Source: an uncultured delta proteobacterium
GTDB lineage: Bacteria > Myxococcota_A > Polyangia > Palsa-1104
Length of the DNA: 64,000 nt
Direction: 5' to 3'
Assembly (NCBI GenBank): GCA_963785725.1
Contig: CAWAWS010000029.1
Span: 32,001-96,000, forward strand
The position numbers were made by a program, and so were the translations under genes. Below are positions 1 to 8,650 of the stretch, one piece after another; position 1 is the first letter of the stretch, and each line of letters starts with the position of its first letter. The notes beneath the pieces were generated by a model. It worked only from the letters and a program-made list of their open reading frames with translations, was not told the origin of the DNA and searched no databases.

Positions 1-331
1 ACTTGGTTGACGATTCGCCGCCGTCGAGCGTGACGCTCCGGCCAGATGCTCCGCTCGGACTGCGCATGGCGCGTCGAATTCAGCCAGGTCGCGCTCCTCG
101 CGGCCGGTGATTGATCATAAATCGTCAGTGTCGTTGCGAGTGCTCGAAATACCTACGTATCTCGTCGCGCCCTGATCGCTTTACGCGGGCTTAACAATCG
201 TCCGCGAGCGGTGTCTGAGTATGCATGCGACAAGTGTTGCGCGTACCGCGCCTCGTCGACGAACGCGGGCGGAACTCGGTTGACGCTCGCCTCGTCTCGC
301 TAGTGCACAGGCACGGGCGCGGGGGATTTTG

Positions 332-2377
332 ATGCAGCGAATCGCTCTTTCATTATCAATCGGTATCTTCATGTGCAGTGCAATCACCGGCTGTACGAGT
401 AAAAACAAGTCGGCGATTGTGGCGGTCGACGGCGGCGCGCCCGACTCGGGGATTCCGCCATTTCAGATCGATGCGCCCGCCGTTTACGTCGCCAAAGTAA
501 AAAACATATTGGTCGGATTGCCGCCGACGGATGACGAAATCAAGCAGGTGACGGCCGACCCCGCGGCGCTCGGCGGGCTCGTCGATCAATGGATGACGCT
601 GCCGCAATATCAGCAAAAGATGCTGGTGTTCTTCCAGCTCGCGTTTCAACAGACGCAAATTACGACGGCCGATTTCACCGATATGATTCCGCCGCTCGGG
701 CTCGGCGTCGGTCCGCAGATTCCGTTGTTGCTGCAGAACCTGCGCGAAAGCTTTGCGCGTACGGTGTTGGCGTTCGTCGCCGATGGTCGTCCGATCACCG
801 ACGCCTTCTCGACGCGGCAGTTGATGATGACGCCGGCGTTGATGGAGCTCTATGCGTTCCTCGATACGCGTCATGTCGACGACAACGCTGTCGTCACCGA
901 TGATTTCGTGACGGCGAATCCAACGCTGAATATCACGCTCGAAGCGTCGGCTGGGCCGATCGCGATGGCCGATTCGGTCAATCCGCAGAGCCCCAATTAT
1001 ATGCATTGGTATAATCCCGCCGTCGGTACGTTGACGGGATATGCCGATCAAACCTGCAACGTCGATCCGATCGTCGCCAAAGTAGACTCGTATTTCGTGC
1101 ATAACCTGCTTTATGGCGGGGTGTTCACGCATAAAGGGCCGGCCAAGACGTCGTGTCCGACGCAATACACGGCCAATGGGCAGTTGGCGGCGAGCGACTT
1201 TACGACGTGGACGATGGTGACGATGCGGGCGCCGAGCGCGGGCGAGGCGACGACCGTATTCTACGATATGCCGGCGCTGCGCGCGGCGACCGAGCTCGTG
1301 CTGAAGACGCCGCGGCTCGGCTTCTTCGCGACGCCGGCGTTCGCCGCCAATTGGCCGACGAACACCAGCAATCAAATGCGCGTCACGTTGAATCAGACGC
1401 TCATCGTCAGCACGGGCGCAGCCATCGATGGCACCGATCCGACGAGCCCGGCGACGACGCCGGGCTTGGACGCGGCGCACGCGGCGCCGGGAACGGCCTG
1501 TTTCGGCTGCCATCAGCTGCTCGATCCGACGCGCTCGATCCTGGCGAGCACCTGGTCTTGGTATTATTATCCGCAAACCGAGACGTCTTATATTCAACAG
1601 CCGGGGCTATTCGCGTTTCAAGGCGTCATTCAGCCGGTCACGACGATCGATGACTTCGCCAATATCCTCGTCATGCACCCGCTCGTTCCCGCGGCGTGGG
1701 CGCAGAAGCTTTGTTATTGGGTGAACTCGGCGCCGTGCGCCGTCGACGACCCGGAGTTCTTGCGCATCGTCACGGCGTTTCAGCAGTCGAATCTGTCGTG
1801 GAACGTGCTCGTGCATCAATTGCTGTCGTCGCCGATTACGACGAATACCGCGCAAACGAAGACGACGGCGACGAATGGCGAAATAATCGCGGTTTCGCGG
1901 CGCGATCATTTGTGCGCGGCGCTCAATAATCGTTTGGGATTGGTCGACGTGTGCGGCCTCGACGCGGTCAGCGGCAAAGGCACGAAGACGACGGTCGTCT
2001 CGCAGATCGTCAGTGGTTTGCCGTCGGATGGATATGGTCGCGGCTCGCCGATTCCGGTATTGCCCAATCAGCCGACGCTGTTTTATCGCGCGGGACTGGA
2101 GAATATCTGCGAGGCGGTGGCGGCGATGGTCATCGACGCGCCGGCGAGCGGCGCCGGCAAACAATATTCGAGCGCGCAGCCCGACGCCGCCATCGCCGAC
2201 TTCGTGGCGACCGTGATGGCGCTCGAGCCGTCGGACGCGCGCTCGGCCGGCGCGACCTCGCTCTTGCAGGCGCATTATGCGGCCGCATTGAAGACCGGCG
2301 TCTCGGCCACGAGCGCGCTCGAGTCGACGTTCGTGACGGCGTGCTTGGCGCCGACGTCGATCGGGATTGGAATGTGA
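332..2377 (+). CDS. Lipoprotein with a CxxCH heme-binding motif, DUF1588/DUF1585-like family
   Basis: Signal peptide and lipobox ITG-C; CFGCH followed by LLDP; followed by a Tat-exported partner, as in myxobacterial/planctomycete operons of this type. Confidence 0.7.
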   Translation: MQRIALSLSIGIFMCSAITGCTSKNKSAIVAVDGGAPDSGIPPFQIDAPAVYVAKVKNILVGLPPTDDEIKQVTADPAALGGLVDQWMTLPQYQQKMLVFFQLAFQQTQITTADFTDMIPPLGLGVGPQIPLLLQNLRESFARTVLAFVADGRPITDAFSTRQLMMTPALMELYAFLDTRHVDDNAVVTDDFVTANPTLNITLEASAGPIAMADSVNPQSPNYMHWYNPAVGTLTGYADQTCNVDPIVAKVDSYFVHNLLYGGVFTHKGPAKTSCPTQYTANGQLAASDFTTWTMVTMRAPSAGEATTVFYDMPALRAATELVLKTPRLGFFATPAFAANWPTNTSNQMRVTLNQTLIVSTGAAIDGTDPTSPATTPGLDAAHAAPGTACFGCHQLLDPTRSILASTWSWYYYPQTETSYIQQPGLFAFQGVIQPVTTIDDFANILVMHPLVPAAWAQKLCYWVNSAPCAVDDPEFLRIVTAFQQSNLSWNVLVHQLLSSPITTNTAQTKTTATNGEIIAVSRRDHLCAALNNRLGLVDVCGLDAVSGKGTKTTVVSQIVSGLPSDGYGRGSPIPVLPNQPTLFYRAGLENICEAVAAMVIDAPASGAGKQYSSAQPDAAIADFVATVMALEPSDARSAGATSLLQAHYAAALKTGVSATSALESTFVTACLAPTSIGIGM

Positions 2378-2388
2378 GGAGAATGCCG

Positions 2389-3705
2389 ATGAACATGACT
2401 CGCCGGCAGGCGCTGATGTCTGCGTTGTTTGGCGGCGGATACCTCGGTCTACGCGCGCTGGCGACCGGTCTGCCCATTTCGTTTCTGATGAATCCGCGCC
2501 GCGCATTGGCCGCCATGCCGGCGCCGCTGTGTGCCGATAAGACCAAGGCGCAGTACATCATCATGGCGACTTCGGGACAGGGCGATCCCATCAACGCCAA
2601 TGTGCCCGGCTGCTATCTCGATCCGATGATTACCCACAGCGCGGATCCGGCGATGGCGGCGACGCCGCTGTCGCTCAGTGGTCAGTCGTATACGGCGGCG
2701 CAGCCGTGGTCGATGTTGCCGCAGACCGTGCTCGATCGAACGACGTTCTTTCATTTGATGACCGATACGCCGGTGCATCCGAAAGAGCCCGACGTATTGA
2801 AGCTCATGGGGACGATTAGTAATTCGGAGATGCTGCCGTCGGCGCTGGCGAAGCAGCTCGCGCCCTGCTTCTCGACGGTGCAATCGCAGCCCATCACCGT
2901 CGGCGCGACGACGCCGAGCGAAGGCTTGGTTTACGACGGGCAAGCGCTGCCGATCATTCCGCCGCTGTCGTTGAAGGCGACGCTGACGAATCCGACCGGG
3001 CCATTGACGCAGTTGCAGCCCTTACGCGATCAAACGCTCAGTCAATTGAGCGATCTATATAAGAATGGCGCCAGCGCGGCGCAAAAGGCCTATCTCGATG
3101 CGCTGATCACGTCGCAGACGCAAGTGCGAAACATTCGTCAGGATCTGTTGAGCGCGTTGTCCTCGATCAAGGACAATAGCGTCACGTCGCAGATTACCGC
3201 GGCGGTGACGCTGATTCAAATGAACGTGACGCCGGTCGTCGCCATTCATATTCCGTTCGGCGGCGATAATCATCACGACACGGCGCTGCAGACGGAAGCG
3301 ACGCAAACGGTGAGCGGCGTCGGCTATATTGGCGCGCTGATGACGGCGTTGGCGAGCGCGGGACTGCAGGATCAAGTGACGTTCGTGTCGCTCAACGTGT
3401 TCGGTCGCACGCTCGGGCCGGCGAATACGGATGGACGGCAGCATAATCCGAATCATCAGGTCTCGATCGCGATTGGTAAGCCGTTTCGTGGCGGTGTCAT
3501 CGGCGGGTTGGCGCCGCTCGCCGGCGACTACGGCGCGTTGCCGATCGATTCGAAGAGCGGTTTGGGTAGCGCCAGCGGCGATATTCAGGCCGTCGATAGC
3601 TTGGCGTCGTTCGGTAAGACGGTCATGGCGGCCGTCGGCGTAGACGCCGCGACGATTGGGTCGACGATTACGTCGGGTCAAGTCATCAATCCGGCGCTCG
3701 CTTAA
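2389..3705 (+). CDS. Tat-exported DUF1501/DUF1552-like protein
   Basis: GAGGAG RBS at 2376-2381; MNMTRRQALM twin-arginine leader; GGDNHHD, VFGRT and GRQH motifs; true start lies inside track ORF 1951..3705. Confidence 0.7.
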   Translation: MNMTRRQALMSALFGGGYLGLRALATGLPISFLMNPRRALAAMPAPLCADKTKAQYIIMATSGQGDPINANVPGCYLDPMITHSADPAMAATPLSLSGQSYTAAQPWSMLPQTVLDRTTFFHLMTDTPVHPKEPDVLKLMGTISNSEMLPSALAKQLAPCFSTVQSQPITVGATTPSEGLVYDGQALPIIPPLSLKATLTNPTGPLTQLQPLRDQTLSQLSDLYKNGASAAQKAYLDALITSQTQVRNIRQDLLSALSSIKDNSVTSQITAAVTLIQMNVTPVVAIHIPFGGDNHHDTALQTEATQTVSGVGYIGALMTALASAGLQDQVTFVSLNVFGRTLGPANTDGRQHNPNHQVSIAIGKPFRGGVIGGLAPLAGDYGALPIDSKSGLGSASGDIQAVDSLASFGKTVMAAVGVDAATIGSTITSGQVINPALA

Positions 3706-3726
3706 TTGGAGATGGTCAACTAACCA

Positions 3727-4257
3727 ATGAACAATCGTCTGTGTGTCTCCCTGTGTTTGGTCGGCTTGATGGGTTGCGGCGGCGGTGGCGGATCATCGAT
3801 GACGAATGACGATGGCGGGGCGAATGGTAACTGCGCGCCGTATGTCGTGCCGGCGGGGACCGATCTGACGACGCCGACGATCTCGTTCTCCAATGACATC
3901 ATGAAGCTGTTCAATGACAGCTGCGATTTGTCGTCATGTCACGGCAAGACGACGAACCCGCAAGGCGGGCTGTTTCTCGGGCTCGAGAGCGCCATGCGGG
4001 GCGATGCGGCGCAGGTCTACGCGGGGATTGTTGGGCACAACTCGATGGAGCTGACGTCGATGCCGTTCATTACGGCGTCGGATCCGAGCATGAGCTTCTT
4101 GATGCATAAGCTCGATGGCGATCAGTGTCAGTTCAATAGTAAATGCGTCGGCGGAAGCTGCGGCGATTTGATGCCGTCGGGCGATGACATGCCGCTGCCG
4201 GTGGCGACGCGGGATACGCTGCGGCGGTGGATTGCGCAGGGCGCGATCGATAATTGA
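3727..4257 (+). CDS. Cys-rich lipoprotein, cytochrome c-like (CxxxxCH ... MP ... WIAQGA)
   Basis: Lipobox LMG-C; CDLSSCH; SFLMHKL, LMP and RRWIAQGA as in planctomycete-type cytochrome c domains. Confidence 0.65.
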   Translation: MNNRLCVSLCLVGLMGCGGGGGSSMTNDDGGANGNCAPYVVPAGTDLTTPTISFSNDIMKLFNDSCDLSSCHGKTTNPQGGLFLGLESAMRGDAAQVYAGIVGHNSMELTSMPFITASDPSMSFLMHKLDGDQCQFNSKCVGGSCGDLMPSGDDMPLPVATRDTLRRWIAQGAIDN

Positions 4258-4280
4258 TCGATAACTGACCGATAACTGAT
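4248..4280 (+). repeat. Three tandem copies of an 11-bp unit CGATAAyTGAy
   Basis: cgataattgat cgataactgac cgataactgat; the first copy contains the stop codon of 3727..4257. Confidence 0.85.
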
Positions 4281-4292
4281 TGTCCGGAAATG

Positions 4293-4323
4293 AAAAAGGC
4301 GCGCCGCATTCGCAGACGCGCCT
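4293..4323 (-). terminator. Intrinsic terminator closing the fliD-fliS operon
   Basis: Minus strand AGGCGCGTCTGC-GAAT-GCGGCGCGCCTTTTT: hairpin plus U-tract between convergent genes. Confidence 0.75.
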
Positions 4324-4346
4324 CGTATCCCTAGTCTCGCCTACAC

Positions 4347-4634
4347 TTACCGCCGATACCGCCGCATCGCCGTCATCCGCTGCGTCATCTCCCGCCGCGC
4401 CACCGTCAACGCCGCCTGCCAGCGCGCGTCCCGATCATCCAGCGTCGCCCGCAGCGCCAGCGCCTCGTCGCCCACGCCTTCGATGGCCAGCGCCCCCGCC
4501 AGCTGCTGCAGCAGCGACACCCGGCCGCGCGTGATCGACTCCGCCTCGGTGACCACTTCCGACGGATCGCGCCCGCTCGTCGGCGGCGGCGTCGCGCTCA
4601 CGATCTCGCGCAGCAGCTCGACGACCGTGCTCAA
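4347..4634 (-). CDS. Small helical protein, possible FliT-like chaperone
   Basis: Last gene of the fliD-fliS operon, start overlaps the upstream stop, amphipathic helices; call is positional. Confidence 0.45.
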   Translation of the reverse strand: MSTVVELLREIVSATPPPTSGRDPSEVVTEAESITRGRVSLLQQLAGALAIEGVGDEALALRATLDDRDARWQAALTVARREMTQRMTAMRRYRR

Positions 4635-4909
4635 AACGCACCCTGATAGGCCGCGGCCAAGGAATCGACGATGACGCGCGCCTCTTGCAGCTTCGCGTGC
4701 GAGCGTCCGACCGCCGCCTGCTGCAGCCGCGTCGACGCCAGCGCCATCAAGTCGCGCAGCGACGCGCAGCTCTGTGGCGACGCCACCAGCGCCAACATCG
4801 CCGCGCGCGCGTCGAGCAGCCGGCGAGCGCGATCGATGCCGGCCTCGGCACCATCGCCTTCCGCCAGGCGCCGCTGCGCCCGATCGATCCAGGTCAGAAT
4901 CTCGGTCAT
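4631..4909 (-). CDS. Degenerate FliS-like protein
   Basis: C-terminal half SLRDLMALASTRLQQAAVGRSHAKLQEARVIVDSLAAAYQGA aligns without gaps to FliS ELGSLYIFINKRLSHANIYNNAKGLDEAVKIIVKLRDSFQEA. Confidence 0.55.
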   Translation of the reverse strand: MTEILTWIDRAQRRLAEGDGAEAGIDRARRLLDARAAMLALVASPQSCASLRDLMALASTRLQQAAVGRSHAKLQEARVIVDSLAAAYQGAF

Positions 4910-4917
4910 GATGCTTC

Positions 4918-5292
4918 TTATTCGGCCTTCAACGCTGCTTCTTGAAAGCTATCGCGCAATTTCACGATAATTTTCACGGCCTCGTCCAACCCTTTGGCGT
5001 TGTTGTAAATGTTGGCGTGCGAGAGCCGCTTGTTGATGAAGATGTAGAGCGACCCGAGCTCGGCGCACAGCTTGGGCGCCAGCTTGCGGTCGAGCGCCAG
5101 ATGCATGGCGCCCACGATCTCCATCCCGTGGCTGATGGCCTCGCCGCGCTTGCGCGCGTCCTTCTCGGCGATGCCTTCGCGCGCCGTCTCGATGTCGAGC
5201 AGGAGCCGGCGATACATCTCGTCGATCAACCGCGCCGGCGACGCCGACTGGAGGTACGTCTTCTGATAAGAGCGAGCGGCCCTGGCGTACAT
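4918..5292 (-). CDS. fliS: Flagellin export chaperone FliS
   Basis: SYQK...SASPARLIDEMY, LGSLY...RLSHAN; directly downstream of fliD. Confidence 0.92.
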   Translation of the reverse strand: MYARAARSYQKTYLQSASPARLIDEMYRRLLLDIETAREGIAEKDARKRGEAISHGMEIVGAMHLALDRKLAPKLCAELGSLYIFINKRLSHANIYNNAKGLDEAVKIIVKLRDSFQEAALKAE

Positions 5293-5309
5293 GGTTTCCT
5301 CTTAGCCTC

Positions 5310-6698
5310 TTAGCTGGAGCTTGAGCTACTCGAGCTGCTGGAGGAGCTCGAGCTGGCCGTGTTGAACATCATGTTGAGATACTGCTGCTGCGACGTGAGC
5401 TCGCTCATCACCTGGTCGAGCTGCGTAAACTCCGCGCGCAGCTGCGTCTCGACGGTGTCGGCTTTGGCGTCGACCGCCGCGATCTGCGTCGTGTAGCTGT
5501 CGTATTGCGACTGCTTCGACGCCTGCTCGGTGATGAGCGCGCCCGTGCCGTACTGCGTGTACTGCGAGACCATCGAGTTGATCTGGCTGGCCAACCCGTT
5601 GTTGTTGGTGCCGACGAGCAGCTGCTGCGCCGCCGCCGGATTGCTGGTCAGCGTCTGCGACAGCTTGGTCGTATCGAGCGTGATCGTGCCGTCGGTGTTG
5701 AGCGACAAGCCGAGGTCGCCGGCCGAGAGGCTGCCGCCCGTCGCCGTCGTGATCGAGGTCGAGAACAGCCCGCCCATCTGCTGCTCGAGCCCTTGAATCG
5801 TCGAGTCGCCGAAGAGCGTATCCTCGCCCATCGTCGTGCCGTTGTAGCTGAGCTGGCTCGTGACCTGGCTGGCCACCGAGTTGTAGGCGCTCACCAGCGC
5901 TTGCAGCTTGCTCGTCAGCGCCGTCGAGTCGGTGCCGACGCTGAGGCTGGTCGCCGCGCCGCCGGTCGGCGTCGTCGCTTGCAAGTTGAAGGTGACGCCG
6001 GGAATGGCGTCGCTGATCGTGTTGCTCGAGCGCGTCATGGTGACGCCGTTGACGGTGAAGCTGGCGTCGGTGGCCGGCTGCGGCGTCGTCATGCCGAACG
6101 TGTTGCTGGAGTCGCCGAACGTGATGGCGTTGGCGGTGCCGCTGGCGGCGCCGGTGACGAGCAGGCGATAGCTCGACCCGTCGTAGATGACCGACGCGTT
6201 GATCTCGCCGTTGGCCTGCTGATTGATCGACGCCGCGATGCTCGCCAACGTGTCGTTCGTGCCGTAATCGACGCTGTAAGGCGGCGTCTTGCCGCCCACC
6301 GACAGCGTCAGCGTGCCCGAGCCGGCGACGCCGGGATTGTCGTTGGCGAAGCCGGTCGACACGCTGTTCTGCACCGACGCCAGCGAGTTGACGCTGATGT
6401 TGTAGCTGCCCGCCGTCGCCGTCGCCGCCGCGCTGGCCGTGAAGATCGCGTTGTTGCCGCTCGTGGCCGAGATCGACTGCACGTCATCGGTGGTCGAGAG
6501 CGCCGTCGCCGCCGTGCCCAGCGACTGCAACCCGGACGCGATCGAGGCCAGCGTCGAAATCTGGCTCTTCAGATCGGTCTGGTGCGTCTGCATCGCCGCT
6601 TCCGGCGCCTTCTCGGCGGTGACCATGTTCGTGATCAACGTCTCGGCGTCGAAGTTCGCGCCGATACCGGCGAAGGTGGCGATGGGAGTCGTGCTCAC
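5310..6698 (-). CDS. fliD: Flagellar filament cap FliD
   Basis: FAGIGANFD N-terminus, ATDASFTVNG...RSSNTISDAIPGVT, LFGDS, C-terminal EFTQLD. Confidence 0.93.
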   Translation of the reverse strand: MSTTPIATFAGIGANFDAETLITNMVTAEKAPEAAMQTHQTDLKSQISTLASIASGLQSLGTAATALSTTDDVQSISATSGNNAIFTASAAATATAGSYNISVNSLASVQNSVSTGFANDNPGVAGSGTLTLSVGGKTPPYSVDYGTNDTLASIAASINQQANGEINASVIYDGSSYRLLVTGAASGTANAITFGDSSNTFGMTTPQPATDASFTVNGVTMTRSSNTISDAIPGVTFNLQATTPTGGAATSLSVGTDSTALTSKLQALVSAYNSVASQVTSQLSYNGTTMGEDTLFGDSTIQGLEQQMGGLFSTSITTATGGSLSAGDLGLSLNTDGTITLDTTKLSQTLTSNPAAAQQLLVGTNNNGLASQINSMVSQYTQYGTGALITEQASKQSQYDSYTTQIAAVDAKADTVETQLRAEFTQLDQVMSELTSQQQYLNMMFNTASSSSSSSSSSSSSS

Positions 6699-6792
6699 GG
6701 CGCGTCTTCTTTCGTCTCCGATTTCGCTTCCGGTCTCGCGTCCAAGCCCGGCTCGCTACTTTCGATTGGTGTCCCGAAACCCGTAACCTCAC

Positions 6793-6835
6793 GACAAAAC
6801 CGACGGCGCCGAGTGACAGCGCCGTCGGTTTTGTC
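6793..6835 (-). terminator. Intrinsic terminator after fliC
   Basis: Perfect 17-bp inverted repeat GACAAAACCGACGGCGC / GCGCCGTCGGTTTTGTC with a 9-nt loop. Confidence 0.85.
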
Positions 6836-6845
6836 AGGCTATCGA

Positions 6846-7670
6846 TTAGCCCTGGAGAAGCTTGAGCGCGGCCGAGGGCAGCTGGTTCGCTTGCGCGAGC
6901 ACGGCCGTACCGGCCTGCACCAGGATGCTGTTACGCGACATGTCGGCCGACTCCGACGCGACGTCGACGTCCTTGATGTTCGACTCGGCGGACTGCAGGT
7001 TCTCCGCGAAGTCCGACGCGTTGTCCGCGGCAGCCGTCAAGCGGTTCTGGCCGGCGCCGACCGTCGCCTGCGCGGTCGAGAGCGTCTGAATCGCCGTGTC
7101 GATCGCGGTCAAGGCCGACTGCGCGCCCGACTGCGTGGTCAGGCTCAGCGACGCGACGCCCAAGGTCGTCGTGTCCGTCGCCGCGATGGTGGTCGAGATC
7201 TGGTCGGTCGTCGCCGCCGTCGTGCCGACCTGGAAGGTCACCGAGCTCGCCGCCGACAGCATCGAGATGCCGTTGTAGCTCGTCGACGACGCGATACGCT
7301 GGATTTCCGAGATGTCCTGCTGGAACTCCGTGTCCGTGTCCGAGAGCTGCGCGGTGCCCAAGGTACCGTTCGAGGCTTCCGTCGCCAGCTCCTTCATACG
7401 CGTCAGGAGCTGCGCCTGCTGGTTCATCGCGCCCGAGGCGACCTGCATCATCGAGACGCCGTCCGTCGCGTTGCGGTTCGCCTGGTTGTACGAGGCGATG
7501 TTCGACTCCATCTGCTCCGAGATGGCTTCGCCGGCGGCGTCGTCGGCGGCGCTGTTGATGCGCATACCGGACGAGAGGTGCGACATGTTGTCGGCCAACG
7601 AACGCTGGTTGATACCGAGGCTGCGCTGCGCATCGAGAGACGAGATGTTGTTAGAGATGTCGATAGACAT
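6846..7670 (-). CDS. fliC: Flagellin, 274 aa, D0/D1 core only
   Basis: LSSGMRINSAADDAAG, NATDGVSM, VGAGQNRL, IKDVDVASE, LAQANQLP; AGGAG RBS. Confidence 0.97.
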   Translation of the reverse strand: MSIDISNNISSLDAQRSLGINQRSLADNMSHLSSGMRINSAADDAAGEAISEQMESNIASYNQANRNATDGVSMMQVASGAMNQQAQLLTRMKELATEASNGTLGTAQLSDTDTEFQQDISEIQRIASSTSYNGISMLSAASSVTFQVGTTAATTDQISTTIAATDTTTLGVASLSLTTQSGAQSALTAIDTAIQTLSTAQATVGAGQNRLTAAADNASDFAENLQSAESNIKDVDVASESADMSRNSILVQAGTAVLAQANQLPSAALKLLQG

Positions 7671-7734
7671 TGTGATGTTCTCCTGTTGCTTTGGTCTTGT
7701 TTGTTTTTGGCTTCGTCGCCGTCTTCAATGATTT

Positions 7735-7767
7735 GGTTCGACCGTCTTAAAAATTACTGAAGGGGCA
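7735..7767 (-). promoter_or_regulatory. Putative sigma28 (FliA) promoter of fliC
   Basis: Minus strand TGCCCC-TTCA-N15-GTCGAACC; spacing of TAAA-N15-GCCGATAA; matches the element upstream of flgM. Confidence 0.7.
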
Positions 7768-8643
7768 TTACGAAATATTTTTGTCGGCCATCTGCGAGAT
7801 CAGCTGCGCCACGTCGGTGGCCGCGGTGTAACCGGTCTGCGCCTGCGCCAACGCCGAGGCCGCGGTCACGGTGTCGGCGCCGACGGCGTTGGTCTGCATC
7901 GTCGTCAGCTGCGTCTCGAAGGCGGAGCGCGCGTCGTTGGCCGCGTTCAGCGCCGACTCCTGCGCGCCGACATCCGACTGCGCCGACGACACTTGCTGCT
8001 GCGCCGTCGTCAAATCGGTGATCGACTGGCTGATGCCGGCCAAGTTGTTGCTCGCCAGCGCCGCCGACAGGCTCGTCAACGTCCCGAGCACGTTGACGCC
8101 GTTCGACGCCGTCAACACCGCGCCCGAGACGCCGATCGCCTGCGAATGGCCTTCGGAGACCTCGATCGTCTGCTGCACGCTGTCGCCCGAGTAGACGTCG
8201 CTCGACGAGAACGGCGTCCCCGTCTGGCTGCCGCCGAAGATCGGTTTGCCGTCGGAGCCGAGCGTGTTCGCCGACGCCAACACCGCGTCGTGCAGCGTCT
8301 GCACCTGCTGCGCCGCGGCCGCGCGCTGCGTGGCGTTGAGCGTGCCGTTGGCCATCTGGTTCGCCAGCGACAGCGCCGTCGTCAGCGTCGTGTTGATGTC
8401 GTTGAGCGCCGAGTCGGCCGTTTGCAGCTTGTCGAGCCCGAGCGTGATCGCCGTGCCGCGCTGCGTGCTCTCTTCTTGGCGAATGCCGGCGCGCTGCGCC
8501 TCTTCCCAGGCGACGAGATCGTCCGACGGCTGCGTCACGCGCAGGCCGCTCGTCACTTCGGCGGACGCGGTCGCGACCTTCGACTGCGCATTGCTCGTCG
8601 CGGTCTCGGCCTGCTGCATCATATAGGTCTGCGTGACGCGCAT
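7768..8643 (-). CDS. flgL: Hook-filament junction protein FlgL
   Basis: MRVT, SGLRVTQPSDD, IFGG; downstream of flgK. Confidence 0.9.
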   Translation of the reverse strand: MRVTQTYMMQQAETATSNAQSKVATASAEVTSGLRVTQPSDDLVAWEEAQRAGIRQEESTQRGTAITLGLDKLQTADSALNDINTTLTTALSLANQMANGTLNATQRAAAAQQVQTLHDAVLASANTLGSDGKPIFGGSQTGTPFSSSDVYSGDSVQQTIEVSEGHSQAIGVSGAVLTASNGVNVLGTLTSLSAALASNNLAGISQSITDLTTAQQQVSSAQSDVGAQESALNAANDARSAFETQLTTMQTNAVGADTVTAASALAQAQTGYTAATDVAQLISQMADKNIS

Positions 8644-8650
8644 CAGAGCC

